DNA of 64,000 bases from a virus. Its lineage: Duplodnaviria; Caudoviricetes. The DNA is taken from IMG/VR virus record IMGVR_UViG_3300021400_001327, positions 32,001 through 96,000 of that record; one strand, written 5' to 3'. A program made the translations under genes and the position numbers. Positions 19,789 to 29,704 of the stretch are shown in pieces. The notes under the pieces are model-generated. The model ran no database searches and was not told where the DNA came from. It saw only the letters and a list, made by a program, of their open reading frames with translations. The first letter of the stretch is position 1, and each line of letters starts with the position of its first letter.

Positions 19789-21354
19789 ATCGAAATCCGC
19801 ACCGTTCAATCTCTGCGCCACTAAGCTCTTTATGTTCAGCATAGCCACATTTGTCAGGTGGCCGCACCATTTCCAAATCTCGTCCGCGTTATTCACTCGG
19901 AGCACTACGTTCTCGCTCCGGCAGATGTGCGGGTTTCTTGTCACGACGTATTCCCCGTCGTACGTGATGCCCTTGCCTTTCGTCCAGAACTCATCGGCGC
20001 CGAGACAGCCGACAACCGGAAGTCCGCCAATGTGTTCCGCAAACGCGATCAGGTCTGGGGCGATAAACTTGAAGCATGACTTAATGTACAGCTTACCGCA
20101 CTTCATATCGTTGATAAACTTGTCCAGCAGGGACATGATGTATTTGTTCACTGTTGGCTCTTTCATCATGGCGTCGTTCTTAGCAATCGCCGCCACGTAC
20201 GCGTTCAGCGCGTTGCACTTCCCGTCTACGATACCAAGGAAGCATTTGGTAAAAAGCTCGTCTCCGCTAACGATGCGCTCAATCCACCTCGCAGACTGGT
20301 GGGCCAAGGTCTTGAAGTCCTCATAGGGCAGGTCCAGCGTCTGCAAGACCTGATAATTGCTCCGTGTGTACACCGGCTCTTCCTCTTCGGTGAAGTTGGC
20401 GCGGGCAATAGAAATACAGTGTTCGTATTTATAGAACGCATCCCAGTACCGTTGCCAGTCCCTTGCGTCGCCGTACTGCTTGAAGTAGCCGAGCCCCTTG
20501 TACATGCTCTCGCTCAGGATGATCATCTCTTCGTGGATGCTGTGCTTCTGCCCCCACAGGTCCTCAATATACTCGACGCCGCGCTCCTCGTAGAAGCCCT
20601 CGTAGTCGAAGACGTGAAGACACCCTTTAATGAACGGCTGCCTGTAGATGACGGTGGTGATGGGCGTTGTGCTGTTGGTCAGCGTCTCCATCCAGTGAGC
20701 CACGTTCTTATGCATGATGCCAACACCATCGAACGCGTTGATCTCGTAGTCGAACACGCCCTCGGCGATGTCCTTCTGCGTAAAGTTGAACTCTTTGCCT
20801 TCAGAGTTCGTGTACGTGGTCACCTTATCAACAAGGTGTTTGATGCGCTGGTTCTTGATGGTCGTCATCATGTCCGGCACAACGATCATCTTCGGCACAT
20901 AGTTCTCGATGCAGTGTGCTGATGAAAGCGCGAGCCCGCGATAGGCGTACCACTTGCTCAGTACCGTCTTGTCGATTTTCAGCCCCATCGTCACGCGCTC
21001 TGTGAGCTCGTCCGCTATCGAGGCATCGACCATCGACAGTACGCCCTGGCGCACCATAGACGCGCTGCGCTCGCCGAGCACGAACGGTCGCCCGCGTATC
21101 TTGATACCCTCCAGCGCAAGCCGCGACAGTGTAACAGCGATATCCTTGTGGTAGTTAATGTCCACGAAGATGATATACGGGTTGTACTTCGACGTCACGC
21201 CGGTGATGCGCCTGATCTGTCTCAGGTACTGGCTGTCGGCCTGCTTGATGAAATACTTCTTCTCTTCCTCTGGCGAGATATCCAGACTGAAATCTGCCTT
21301 TACGATCGTACGCAGATCAATCGAGCGCACGATATACTGCTTAGGCGCCTGTAT
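19789..21354 (-). CDS. YonO-like single-subunit RNA polymerase, exon 1
   Basis: SAS..RQG, FDGVG, R.PFIKG, RNPH, RLNGADFD. Start is either GTG 21330 or ATA 21354. Spliced product ~843-851 aa. Confidence 0.85.
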
Positions 21355-21372
21355 GTTGCAACACCGCCCTTC

Positions 21373-21573
21373 TTAATCTTCTTCGAGCTCCCGTATGCTG
21401 AAGCCCGCCTGAGCCCATGTCTCTTCCCTCGCTACCTCATAGGCGCGTTCTGGAGACTCGAACTCATCATCGTAGTCATTTGGGTAATAATAGCCGCAGT
21501 ACTGCTCGCCTTCCTTCCCGCAACCCGTCAGCCGCCAGTAACAGGTCGCGCATGAATACTTTGATTTGATCAA
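21373..21573 (-). CDS. Small Cys-containing hypothetical protein
   Basis: Translationally coupled ORF. Confidence 0.6.
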   Translation of the reverse strand: MIKSKYSCATCYWRLTGCGKEGEQYCGYYYPNDYDDEFESPERAYEVAREETWAQAGFSIRELEED

Positions 21574-22004
21574 CCCTCATCACCGGCCTCTGCGGCATCG
21601 CCGCCTTCTTCTATGAAAAGACTGGGATTGCTGGCCATGTACGCAGATTTCGCGCTTGGTACGACGTGATTGTTCAGATCCAGTACAAACTCCTGTAACC
21701 GCTGCAACGTGACCTCCGGCGGCAACAGTCCCTGAGCCATCGCATCCATCATAATGGCCACGACCTGCGCCGGTTCACACATCATGGGCTCCATAGCCAC
21801 CACCTTTGAGTGCTTCAGGATGAACGCCTTTACCTTCGGCGTGAACTTGGTCACCCCTACATTCACGAACACGTTGGCGAGGTCTACCATCACCGTATCC
21901 CCCATACCATCCACATACACGCGCTGAACACCGCACGTCTTCGGCGGCGCCCCCTCTTCTGTCTGTTCCATCAACGCCACCTTGAACCAATGCTTTACTT
22001 CCAT
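21570..22004 (-). CDS. Hypothetical protein
   Basis: AGGAGG RBS. Confidence 0.7.
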   Translation of the reverse strand: MEVKHWFKVALMEQTEEGAPPKTCGVQRVYVDGMGDTVMVDLANVFVNVGVTKFTPKVKAFILKHSKVVAMEPMMCEPAQVVAIMMDAMAQGLLPPEVTLQRLQEFVLDLNNHVVPSAKSAYMASNPSLFIEEGGDAAEAGDEG

Positions 22005-22019
22005 GCTTCCCGCTACCTC

Positions 22020-22328
22020 CTATTTGATTTCTGCCTGTAAACCATATTTCTTGAACAGCGCCTCGACATGCTGCCTGATTGTCTCCTCACGCATAAGCTC
22101 CGGCTGTCTGTTCGCCAAAGACAAAGCTTCGAGCATTACAGACTGCACTTCCTGTATCGCGAAGACGACCAGCATCCCCTCCCTGTAGGCCACTGCCTTT
22201 CCAAGGTCAATGATCGGCTGTACGTCGTCCAGCACAGCCGACGGCGACCCGAACCTCGTCTTGCCGATAAACTCATTGACGAAATGGTCAATAGTAAGGG
22301 CGACCCACTCACCCGTCACGTCAGCCAT
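22020..22328 (-). CDS. Hypothetical protein
   Basis: Coupled ORF with RBS. Confidence 0.65.
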   Translation of the reverse strand: MADVTGEWVALTIDHFVNEFIGKTRFGSPSAVLDDVQPIIDLGKAVAYREGMLVVFAIQEVQSVMLEALSLANRQPELMREETIRQHVEALFKKYGLQAEIK

Positions 22329-22686
22329 CGGCGCTCACCTTCAACTTCAGCTTCTCGACCATCTTGTCGTCGACCAGCTTGGCGCGGTCAATAAACTTCC
22401 GCATGTCGTCCCATACATCCTCAAGGGTTTTGGTCCCGCGCCGGTTGATCGACTCTCGCATCTGCGCCGATACGATAGCCTGGAGCACACCGCCAAGCGT
22501 CGTGTAATAACCGACAGCCACATAGTTCTCTTTGCCGATGTTCTCCTGCTTGGGCTGTTTGCCGGTGCCGCCGCCTTTGACCTTCGTTCGCCGGTACAAA
22601 ATCAAACAGTAGTTGTCCGCGCCGAGGAACCACTCATCAACGATCGGTATGACCTTCGGCTCCCTTTTCTCTTCTGCCAAACCCAC
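22321..22686 (-). CDS. Hypothetical protein
   Basis: GGAGGTG RBS; GYY..L..L pattern common in phage proteins. Confidence 0.65.
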   Translation of the reverse strand: MGLAEEKREPKVIPIVDEWFLGADNYCLILYRRTKVKGGGTGKQPKQENIGKENYVAVGYYTTLGGVLQAIVSAQMRESINRRGTKTLEDVWDDMRKFIDRAKLVDDKMVEKLKLKVSADG

Positions 22687-22712
22687 TCACCTCCATAAAT
22701 ATCCTTAAAACT

Positions 22713-22811
22713 AATTTGAACAAATCGCCACGCGTTTCCACGAAGCGAGCCGATAACTTGTTAGGGTGTTTTTCCATCGGCCTTCACGATCTCTAAAATA
22801 TTGATTTCAGA
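22713..22811 (-). repeat. Left copy of inverted ~100-bp site (candidate recombination site)
   Basis: 22751-22767 is the exact reverse complement of 26585-26601; flanking blocks are conserved at identical spacing. Confidence 0.75.
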
Positions 22812-22815
22812 TTGC

Positions 22816-23211
22816 TTACTTCTTTTTTCTGCTCTGCTCGACCCTGTCCTCAATGATTTCGGCGATCCTCGGGTCTTTGACGATCTCTTCGGCGTCCGCG
22901 TCGGTCGGTACACGATAAGCGCTCTGCACGTAGTTGTAGAAAGCCCCTTTCATCTTTTGACCGAGACCGGCGACAGAGATCATGCCGCCGTTCCAAGCGT
23001 CGGCCAGTACGTTGATATCCGAGTACGCCGGGGTCGAAAGTTTACAGCAGGTACACTCGATCCAATATGCGTGAAGGTTTTTGAATATAGCCTTACTGCC
23101 GCAGAGGGGGCACGTCTTTATCTTCGGCTGTTGCTCGGGCAGCTCAACGTATGCCGTCTCGGTAAGGGACTGAACGCCATAACCAGTGTTCCAGAATGCA
23201 CCGCTTGCCAT
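22816..23211 (-). CDS. Lar (restriction alleviation)-like Zn-finger protein
   Basis: KTCPLCG..IECTCC..AWN pattern. Confidence 0.55.
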   Translation of the reverse strand: MASGAFWNTGYGVQSLTETAYVELPEQQPKIKTCPLCGSKAIFKNLHAYWIECTCCKLSTPAYSDINVLADAWNGGMISVAGLGQKMKGAFYNYVQSAYRVPTDADAEEIVKDPRIAEIIEDRVEQSRKKK

Positions 23212-25615
23212 TACGCATCCCGTTCCTTCCGGTACCAGTCATTGAATATCTCACAGGCGAGCCACAACTGATGCCATATCTGGCCAATATCGATCTCCGC
23301 GATCTCGGTGAACGGTCTGTCGCCCACGAAGTGAAGCTCTGGCGGTTCCTTGCCGGAGAAGTACCAGTAGGCCAGCGTGAAGCAGTAAGCTCTGCCGGAG
23401 CTCTCCCTGGTCCATTTGACGAGCTCTACGTAAGGCTGGCCGTCGCCGAGACTCTTTGTTGTTCGTATTTCAAACTCACCGTATTTCCAATTGAAGTCGA
23501 ATTGATTGGTCTCCATGCATACTCTCCTTTGATGCCATCCATCCTCGCTCCGCACTCGGGGCAGAAGTTGGTCATTGCAAAATCTCCAGCCTTGTCCTCT
23601 ATCGCGAAGGTCAAACAGTTTGAGCAGAACGGCTCGACGCCGTGTTCGTTCGCCACCCATTCCGCATGAGGCTGGGATGGACACTTCCCGCACTGGTCTG
23701 TGGCATAAGTCCACGTCATTTCTTTCCGGCCTCCTCGGCTGCGGTCGCCGCGATGAAGCGGTCCCTGAACTCGATCGCCGCACGGCTCATGTAGGCAGCG
23801 CCGTCGGTGGCCTCGTCCAAAGTATCGGGCAGGCGTCCGGCCAGAAACTCACCGAATAGCAGGTGAACGCCGAGCGTGATCATGTCCCGCTTATGCCGGT
23901 TGCGGCCAGCGCCCTTGATGGCGACAGCGCAGACCTCTGCCAGGTACTGGTCCCAATGTTTATAGAAGCCGGTCTCAGGCGCGATCTTGAACCCGCAGAC
24001 TTCCATCATTTTCTTCAACACATCATCCATGCTTGATGGCCTCCTCAAATTCATCCAATAGCTTAGCCGCCCTCAACATCAGTGCGCCGGTGCAATCACC
24101 GAGGGACTTTCCGTGGTCGGTTCCCGTTACGCAGTCACTGCACGTCTCATCGTTATACGGCAGGCTGCACCGCTTGAGAGACATCGACGTCTGTTGTACC
24201 TCGCCGAGAAGGACGGCGTTCTGGATAACCTTCATCTCCTCGATCTCGTGACGATCGCGCTCAAGGGACAAGTCCTTCCTCAGCTGGCTGATCTCGTTCT
24301 CCGCGTCACGCATCCTGTGCGCGTCCGTGATGTGCATAATGACGAGCAGAAGGCATAGCGCCGTAAATAAAAAATAAATGACCCGAAGGTCAGTCTCAAT
24401 GTTCATGGGGCACCTCCAATACTTCTGCCGGTACGCTCCAGCACTCCCATGTGACCCCGTACTCATTCAATGGCAACATGTACCTGTGCTTCGCGCTCTC
24501 GAACAGGTAAACACCGCTATCCTGCATAAGGAAGAACGTTGGCTCCTGGCACCACACTTCGTCTGGGTCACAGCAGGTGATAACGACGAGCTCGTTCTCC
24601 TCCAGACATTTAACGTCGAGGAGAGTCATCTTAGTTATCTTGCTCATCGAACTCATTCCTTCCTCCTGCGCTCACCAGCGCCATACAAAAAATGCCAACC
24701 ATCGCTGACAGGGGAACGATCCAGAACAGATGCCATATACTAATCATTGCTCCACCTTTCTGATCACGTACCGGTGATCCCTGAACTCAGATTCCTTATC
24801 CATCTTCTCAACGCTGCGCACAATAATGTTGCAGTCGCCCTTAGCTGTATTTACGAGCGCGATATCCCCAGGCTTCAGTTTCTCCGCCAGCGCCTTGTCC
24901 GCGTACCACTGGAAGTCCACTGTGTCGGTCGCGTGATGGACGCCGTGCACCACGTACAGATCCCTCTCATCGTCGTGCAAAGCATCGATATGGCAGAGCA
25001 CGTTCCACAGGCTTTGCTGTACCTGCTTCGCCTCAGCGCCGATACGCTCGATTTCGTCCTTGTACCGTTTCATGGTTTCGCCCAAGCCCTCAGCCTTTCG
25101 CTGAAGCTCTAGCTTTCGCGCCATGAGTGCGCTGTACTGGTGCTCCCTCTTCACATGCTCGACAGGCGGAGGCGTGAACTTGATTGAGGCCAGCATCTCC
25201 TCCGGCGTGAGCTCATGCTCGAGCACCCACTGCTTCTTCTTCACGTCCTTGCCGTTGTCTGTTACGACAGCAACATCATACATTTGCCAGGAGTCATCGG
25301 CCATGTCATAATAACCAACGGTCGAATACGGGTCCTTCCTTAACTTCCAGAGCCATTTGCCCTCGCCCGTGTCCTGATTGATAAAATATCCAATGCTTCC
25401 CTGATACATCAAAACCTCCCGTTATCGTACCAGTCAGATAGTACAGCCATGATTAACACGATACAGAATAAACCGAGAATGATCGTCATGTCCGCTAAGT
25501 CCCCCACAATGAAGGTCACCTCCTTTGCGTAAATAAAAAACGGCGAGCCTTCGCGCCCGCTCAGAGATATGTAAAAGGCAGACACCTGGTCTGCCCTGTA
25601 AGAATAATATAACAC
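23211..25615 (-). other. Cluster of ~8 small coupled hypothetical genes (incl. 23426-23719, 23716-24030, 24023-24406, 24396-24656, 24744-25412)
   Basis: Overlapping start/stop codons with RBSs; no recognisable families. Confidence 0.6.
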
Positions 25616-25634
25616 ATCGTGGCCGCTGCGTCAA
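25606..25634 (-). promoter_or_regulatory. SigmaA-type promoter, leftward
   Basis: TTGACG-17 bp-TATATT with extended TG. Confidence 0.7.
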
Positions 25635-25679
25635 ATTAGGTTGGCGGCTCCGTTCTATCCATTGGATAAACTCTGGATG

Positions 25680-26450
25680 TATATTTTAAAATCGACGAAT
25701 CTTTTGTAATATCAGATTAATTAAATTATTTTTAATCTGTTTTTTGAAAAATTCTCTATCATTAGTATAGTATATATAATAAGACTAATAATCAGATTAG
25801 TACTCAGTTAGATGAGAACTACTGTACAGTAGAACTCAATCAGTTGAGAACTCCTGTAGATGAGTCCTAATTTTTTAAAAACTAATAAGACCGGTCTTAA
25901 TAGCTTATACTCTCTATGGACATAATGGTATACCATTCTCTCTATGAGGTACATGTAGAATAAGCTATTCTGTAACGATATAATATTATAAGCTTAGATG
26001 CAATATAATATAAACTATTACACTCAATAAACTTAGATGCAATATATAAGCTATTAAGCTCAAGTAACTTAGATACGTCTACTATGATACATAATAATAT
26101 AATCTATGACTTAACGGCTTATATAAGCTATTACCTAACGGCTTATACCAGATGTCACTTAATAGCTTATACTCTCCAGTCTTAAGGGCTTATATCTCAT
26201 AGAGTCCTTGATTCTAACTGCTGATATATTCATTTATAGCCATGAAGCAAATAAATGAATATATCAGCAGAGAGTAATAGAAGAATATAGAGAAGACTGT
26301 CCATAGAGTACATGTAGAGCGTAATAGCTTAGTAACGTATCAAGGACTCGTTACAGAATAGCTTATACCTCTCGGTGCTTATATGCTTACCATTATGTTC
26401 TAATCTCTTAATAGCTTTTAAGATAATGGGTCTCGGCAAAAAATTTTCTT
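25680..26450. repeat. AT-rich repeat mosaic, candidate replication origin
   Basis: ORF-free; multiple AATAGCTTA copies in both orientations; 19-bp direct repeat; 20-bp-stem hairpin. Confidence 0.6.
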
Positions 26451-26540
26451 GGGTCGGATGGCTTCGGGGCGCCGGTGACTGACGGCTGATGACGCAGCGG
26501 CTGGCGATTTATCGCCAGGAAGTTTTGCGGCGGGCGCGTA

Positions 26541-26639
26541 TCTGTATTTTTAATTCTAACAAATCCCTGAACGTCTCCGGCTGGACCCTAACAAGTTATC
26601 GACCTTTACGAAAGAATTGGCTGGCGGTTTGTTAGAATT
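26541..26639 (+). repeat. Right copy of inverted ~100-bp site
   Basis: Core ACCCTAACAAGTTATCG flanked by inverted arms AATTCTAACAAA/TTTGTTAGAATT; ends 16 bp from the recombinase stop codon. Confidence 0.75.
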
Positions 26640-26655
26640 TAATATACGTGTATTT

Positions 26656-27492
26656 TCACTCGTCGTCGTCAGTGTCGAGCGCGTACTGGTAGCTGAGTTC
26701 CATGCTCTTCACGGCAGTTTTGCCTAGTACAAAATCAGAAACACCGCGCCGGAGACTGCTGGTACGCGGGAGCCGACATCCGATGTAAGCCATCGTGGTC
26801 GTCTGGTTCGCGTGACGAAGCATCAGGGATGTGTCCGCCATAGCGAGCGCCGCGTTCTGGATGTCTCGGGACGTAGAGGCTATCGTGTTGGCGATGGTGG
26901 CGAAGGTCTTACGCATCGTGTGTGTAGAGGTCCTGAGGTATGGAGCCGCTGCGCGTAAGCCGGTACGCAATAACCGGTTGGCGGCGTCGGTCGCCATCGG
27001 GGTTTTGCCCTTGCCTTTGTTCGAGGCGAAGAGGTAGTTGTCCTGGGTGAACGGCATGGTCCAGCGGCACTCGTTGATGTAGAGGCTGACGTACTGCTTG
27101 ATGGCGTCCGTGATCAGCATCTCGTCGTCCTGAGAGCAGGTGCGCTTGCCGGTCTTGATCTCGATGATGTCGATAGCCCGCCTGAACGTGATGGGGTTCG
27201 TGGAGATCAGAAGGTCGGATACCTTGAGAGCGCAGAGGTCAGAAATACGAAGGCCGGTACATACACCAGTCACGAACATAGCGGCTTCCCTGAACTTGCG
27301 CTGGGAGAGGAAGTGATCGATGACCGCCTTTACCTGAGCATAGGACTCAAGGGGCTGCGCGGCCTTGATGGCAGAGACGCCCTTCGCCAACTGCTTCTGG
27401 CGCGGGGTAAGATTTTCGTCCTCTACGGTATAAGCCAGAGAGGTCATGTTCACAGAGTCCGCGCCGGGGAACGCAATGATCTTACCGCTCAT
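26656..27492 (-). CDS. Tyrosine recombinase (catalytic domain only)
   Basis: TGLRISD, KTGK, HTMRKT, LRH, TMAY give R-K-HxxR-H-Y. Confidence 0.92.
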   Translation of the reverse strand: MSGKIIAFPGADSVNMTSLAYTVEDENLTPRQKQLAKGVSAIKAAQPLESYAQVKAVIDHFLSQRKFREAAMFVTGVCTGLRISDLCALKVSDLLISTNPITFRRAIDIIEIKTGKRTCSQDDEMLITDAIKQYVSLYINECRWTMPFTQDNYLFASNKGKGKTPMATDAANRLLRTGLRAAAPYLRTSTHTMRKTFATIANTIASTSRDIQNAALAMADTSLMLRHANQTTTMAYIGCRLPRTSSLRRGVSDFVLGKTAVKSMELSYQYALDTDDDE

Positions 27493-27549
27493 AATAGCCT
27501 CCGATTAGATGTAGGATCTGGTACGGTGGACCTGACTTCCACCGAAATC

Positions 27550-27578
27550 AGTGTACCACAAAATGTCGGTTTTGTCAA
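27550..27578 (-). promoter_or_regulatory. SigmaA promoter of recombinase with overlapping direct repeats
   Basis: TTGACA-17-TACACT; AAAATGTCGGT at 27560 and 27582. Confidence 0.75.
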
Positions 27579-28171
27579 GAGAAAATGTCGGTCTCCCGGG
27601 CGTTTTCGCGAGGTCGATGTCGGCCTGTGCGATTGAATGCGGGGATGGCGGAAGTGGTCTGGCGACGATGAGGAGCTTGGTGTGCAGCGGCTACGGAAGA
27701 TCAGGCGGCGCCCACACGTTAAAAGAAGGGGACGTAAAGGCCACTACATCATCATGGAAAATGTTTTCCAATCCCCTTTCCCTGTGACTCCCTGGTCCCA
27801 TTTCTTTTGCTTTTCCCAGAGCTCAGAAATGGGACCAGACTACTGGGAGGGAAGGGGATAAGCCGGGAGGCGCAGAGGGTGGGTATACACTCTTTTCGGT
27901 GGTGATTGGTGTCGCGTTTGGGGTCGCAGGGGGAGGAGGTGGTTTTGGGGGTTGAGAGGGGGATTTTGGTGGATGGGAAATAAATTTTGGGGGTTGGGAG
28001 GAGAGGCAGCTTGGCCGGGCCAGGCTGGTCGCTCGGTGGGCTGAGATGTAAACGGGGCGGGGGATGTCGGGTTTCTGTCGAAAACCGATATTCTGCGGCG
28101 GTCGCGGTCGCGGCATAAAAAGAGCAGGGGCGGCGGCGCGTCCCTGCTTCTGTTGCGGTGGTGGTCAATGG

Positions 28172-29008
28172 TTAGTCGGTCACGAGTTCCAGCTTTCCGG
28201 CACTGGTTACTTTCAGCAGCCCAGCCTTTACAAGGACTTTTACAAGGTAGGGCTTGACGGATGAGGGATTTTTCACTTTTTCCCCGTGTCCCTCCACCAT
28301 CCTTTTCATATCCTGCGCCTGCTTCGCTGTGCACTTCCCCATTCGTTCCCGCTCTGCGATGGCTTCCAGCGCTCTCTCGGTCCAGTCCATGACGGCGCTT
28401 GTCTCGGCAAGGCGGCGTTCTGCGGCACTGGTGGCGCTTCGCTCGTGTACGTGCTCGACAGGCGTTCCCTCTTTCGCGCTTCTTGTGACAATCCGCTTCT
28501 CAAGCCTGCCGCAAGCCCTACACGCTTCGATGAATGCACTGTGATGGTCGGCGTAATAATCACCCTCAAGCTCGGCAGGTATCATGACGGTGTACTGTGC
28601 CGCCTCCGCTTCTGCTTCACTGATAGCGAGAGCGGCGGTCTGTATCATGTCGGCATAATGACGAATGTAGACGTTCTTGTCTGCGGTCGCGCCGCGCCTG
28701 ATAGCACCCTTGATTTTCGCGGCTACCACACGCCGCGCAAGGTCATATACAGGGCCTGAAAAAACGGCGCGTCCTGCGGCGGCTTCCTCTGCTCGGTGAT
28801 TGATGGGGGCTGTGGTGGTGGCCTTCCTATTAGTGGCGGCGGCGGTGGTGGTCGTGACGGCGGCGGCGGTGGGGATGGTGTAGGCGTTCATGCGCTCTAA
28901 CACCCTGATGATACGAGCGGTGAAGCTATGCGGTGTGCGGGGGTCTCTGATAGCCTTAACGGCGGCGGCGATACGGGCGGCGGCGGTGGTGGTGTTGGTG
29001 GTTTTCAT
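28172..29008 (-). CDS. Hypothetical protein with Thr/Ala-rich N-terminus
   Basis: ATG 29008 after AAGGA; first gene of the left arm. Confidence 0.6.
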   Translation of the reverse strand: MKTTNTTTAAARIAAAVKAIRDPRTPHSFTARIIRVLERMNAYTIPTAAAVTTTTAAATNRKATTTAPINHRAEEAAAGRAVFSGPVYDLARRVVAAKIKGAIRRGATADKNVYIRHYADMIQTAALAISEAEAEAAQYTVMIPAELEGDYYADHHSAFIEACRACGRLEKRIVTRSAKEGTPVEHVHERSATSAAERRLAETSAVMDWTERALEAIAERERMGKCTAKQAQDMKRMVEGHGEKVKNPSSVKPYLVKVLVKAGLLKVTSAGKLELVTD

Positions 29009-29249
29009 AGTGGTGTTCCTTTCTGCCCTGTGGGCTGTCGGTGTAGTGTGTGTCTTACTGAATGACACTAAAGTAAGAATTCGACAAAAATTTCTGAATT
29101 CCTGCAAAAAATCTCGATTGCCATAATTTTGACATATTTCCTGGGCGCTCTCGGGTGCATGGTGGGTGTAATCGTTCATCGATGATGAATCGATGATGAT
29201 TCATCAATCAGTGTTTAATAATGATTGATGGTATCCAAACAAGTTGTAT

Positions 29250-29695
29250 CTGTTCCATGCCAACCGTTGGATTCATCGGGCGCGAAAGTGCCCGAGATGG
29301 TACGAGCGGCGGACCTGGACGGGCGCTTGCCCGCTGGATAGCTGGAAGTCCAGACGTTGAGTCCCAGCGCAAAAGCTCGATTTGCAGGATGAAGAGCAAA
29401 CACAGAAACGACGCTGCTTAGCAGAAAGCGCGACGTGCGAAAGCACAGCGGCTTGCCTGATAGCCTTCGGCGATTCAGGATTTCCGGCAAAGCCTTCGGC
29501 GATGTCGGCTTGCTTAGTGCTGGGCTCACCCACCGCATTTGCATCTCTGAGCGCATGGTGCCGAGACTGTGACTGACAAAGCAATCAACAGCCGCAAGGC
29601 TGATTTTGCCCACGGTGCAAGCCCGTGGGCCTTATGCCAGCGCTGGCCGCATGAAGCTGGCGCGGTAATAAAATCGCTGGTTAAACCAGCAGAAA
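29250..29695 (+). ncRNA. Unclassified large structured RNA / leader
   Basis: GNRA-capped hairpins and nested long-range helices (see findings). Confidence 0.6.
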
Positions 29696-29704
29696 GAGGT
29701 ACCT

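Noticed and set aside
25680-26450. CRISPR array
   Set aside because: Repeats are short, occur in both orientations and are irregularly spaced; no constant repeat-spacer period and no cas genes.
27752-28334. Pro-rich minus-strand ORFs
   Set aside because: By-products of the G-rich tract; three overlapping frames are equally uninformative.
29250-29695. Group II intron, tRNA or tmRNA
   Set aside because: No domain V, cloverleaf or TpsiC arm recognised; no tRNA was seen anywhere in the window by eye.
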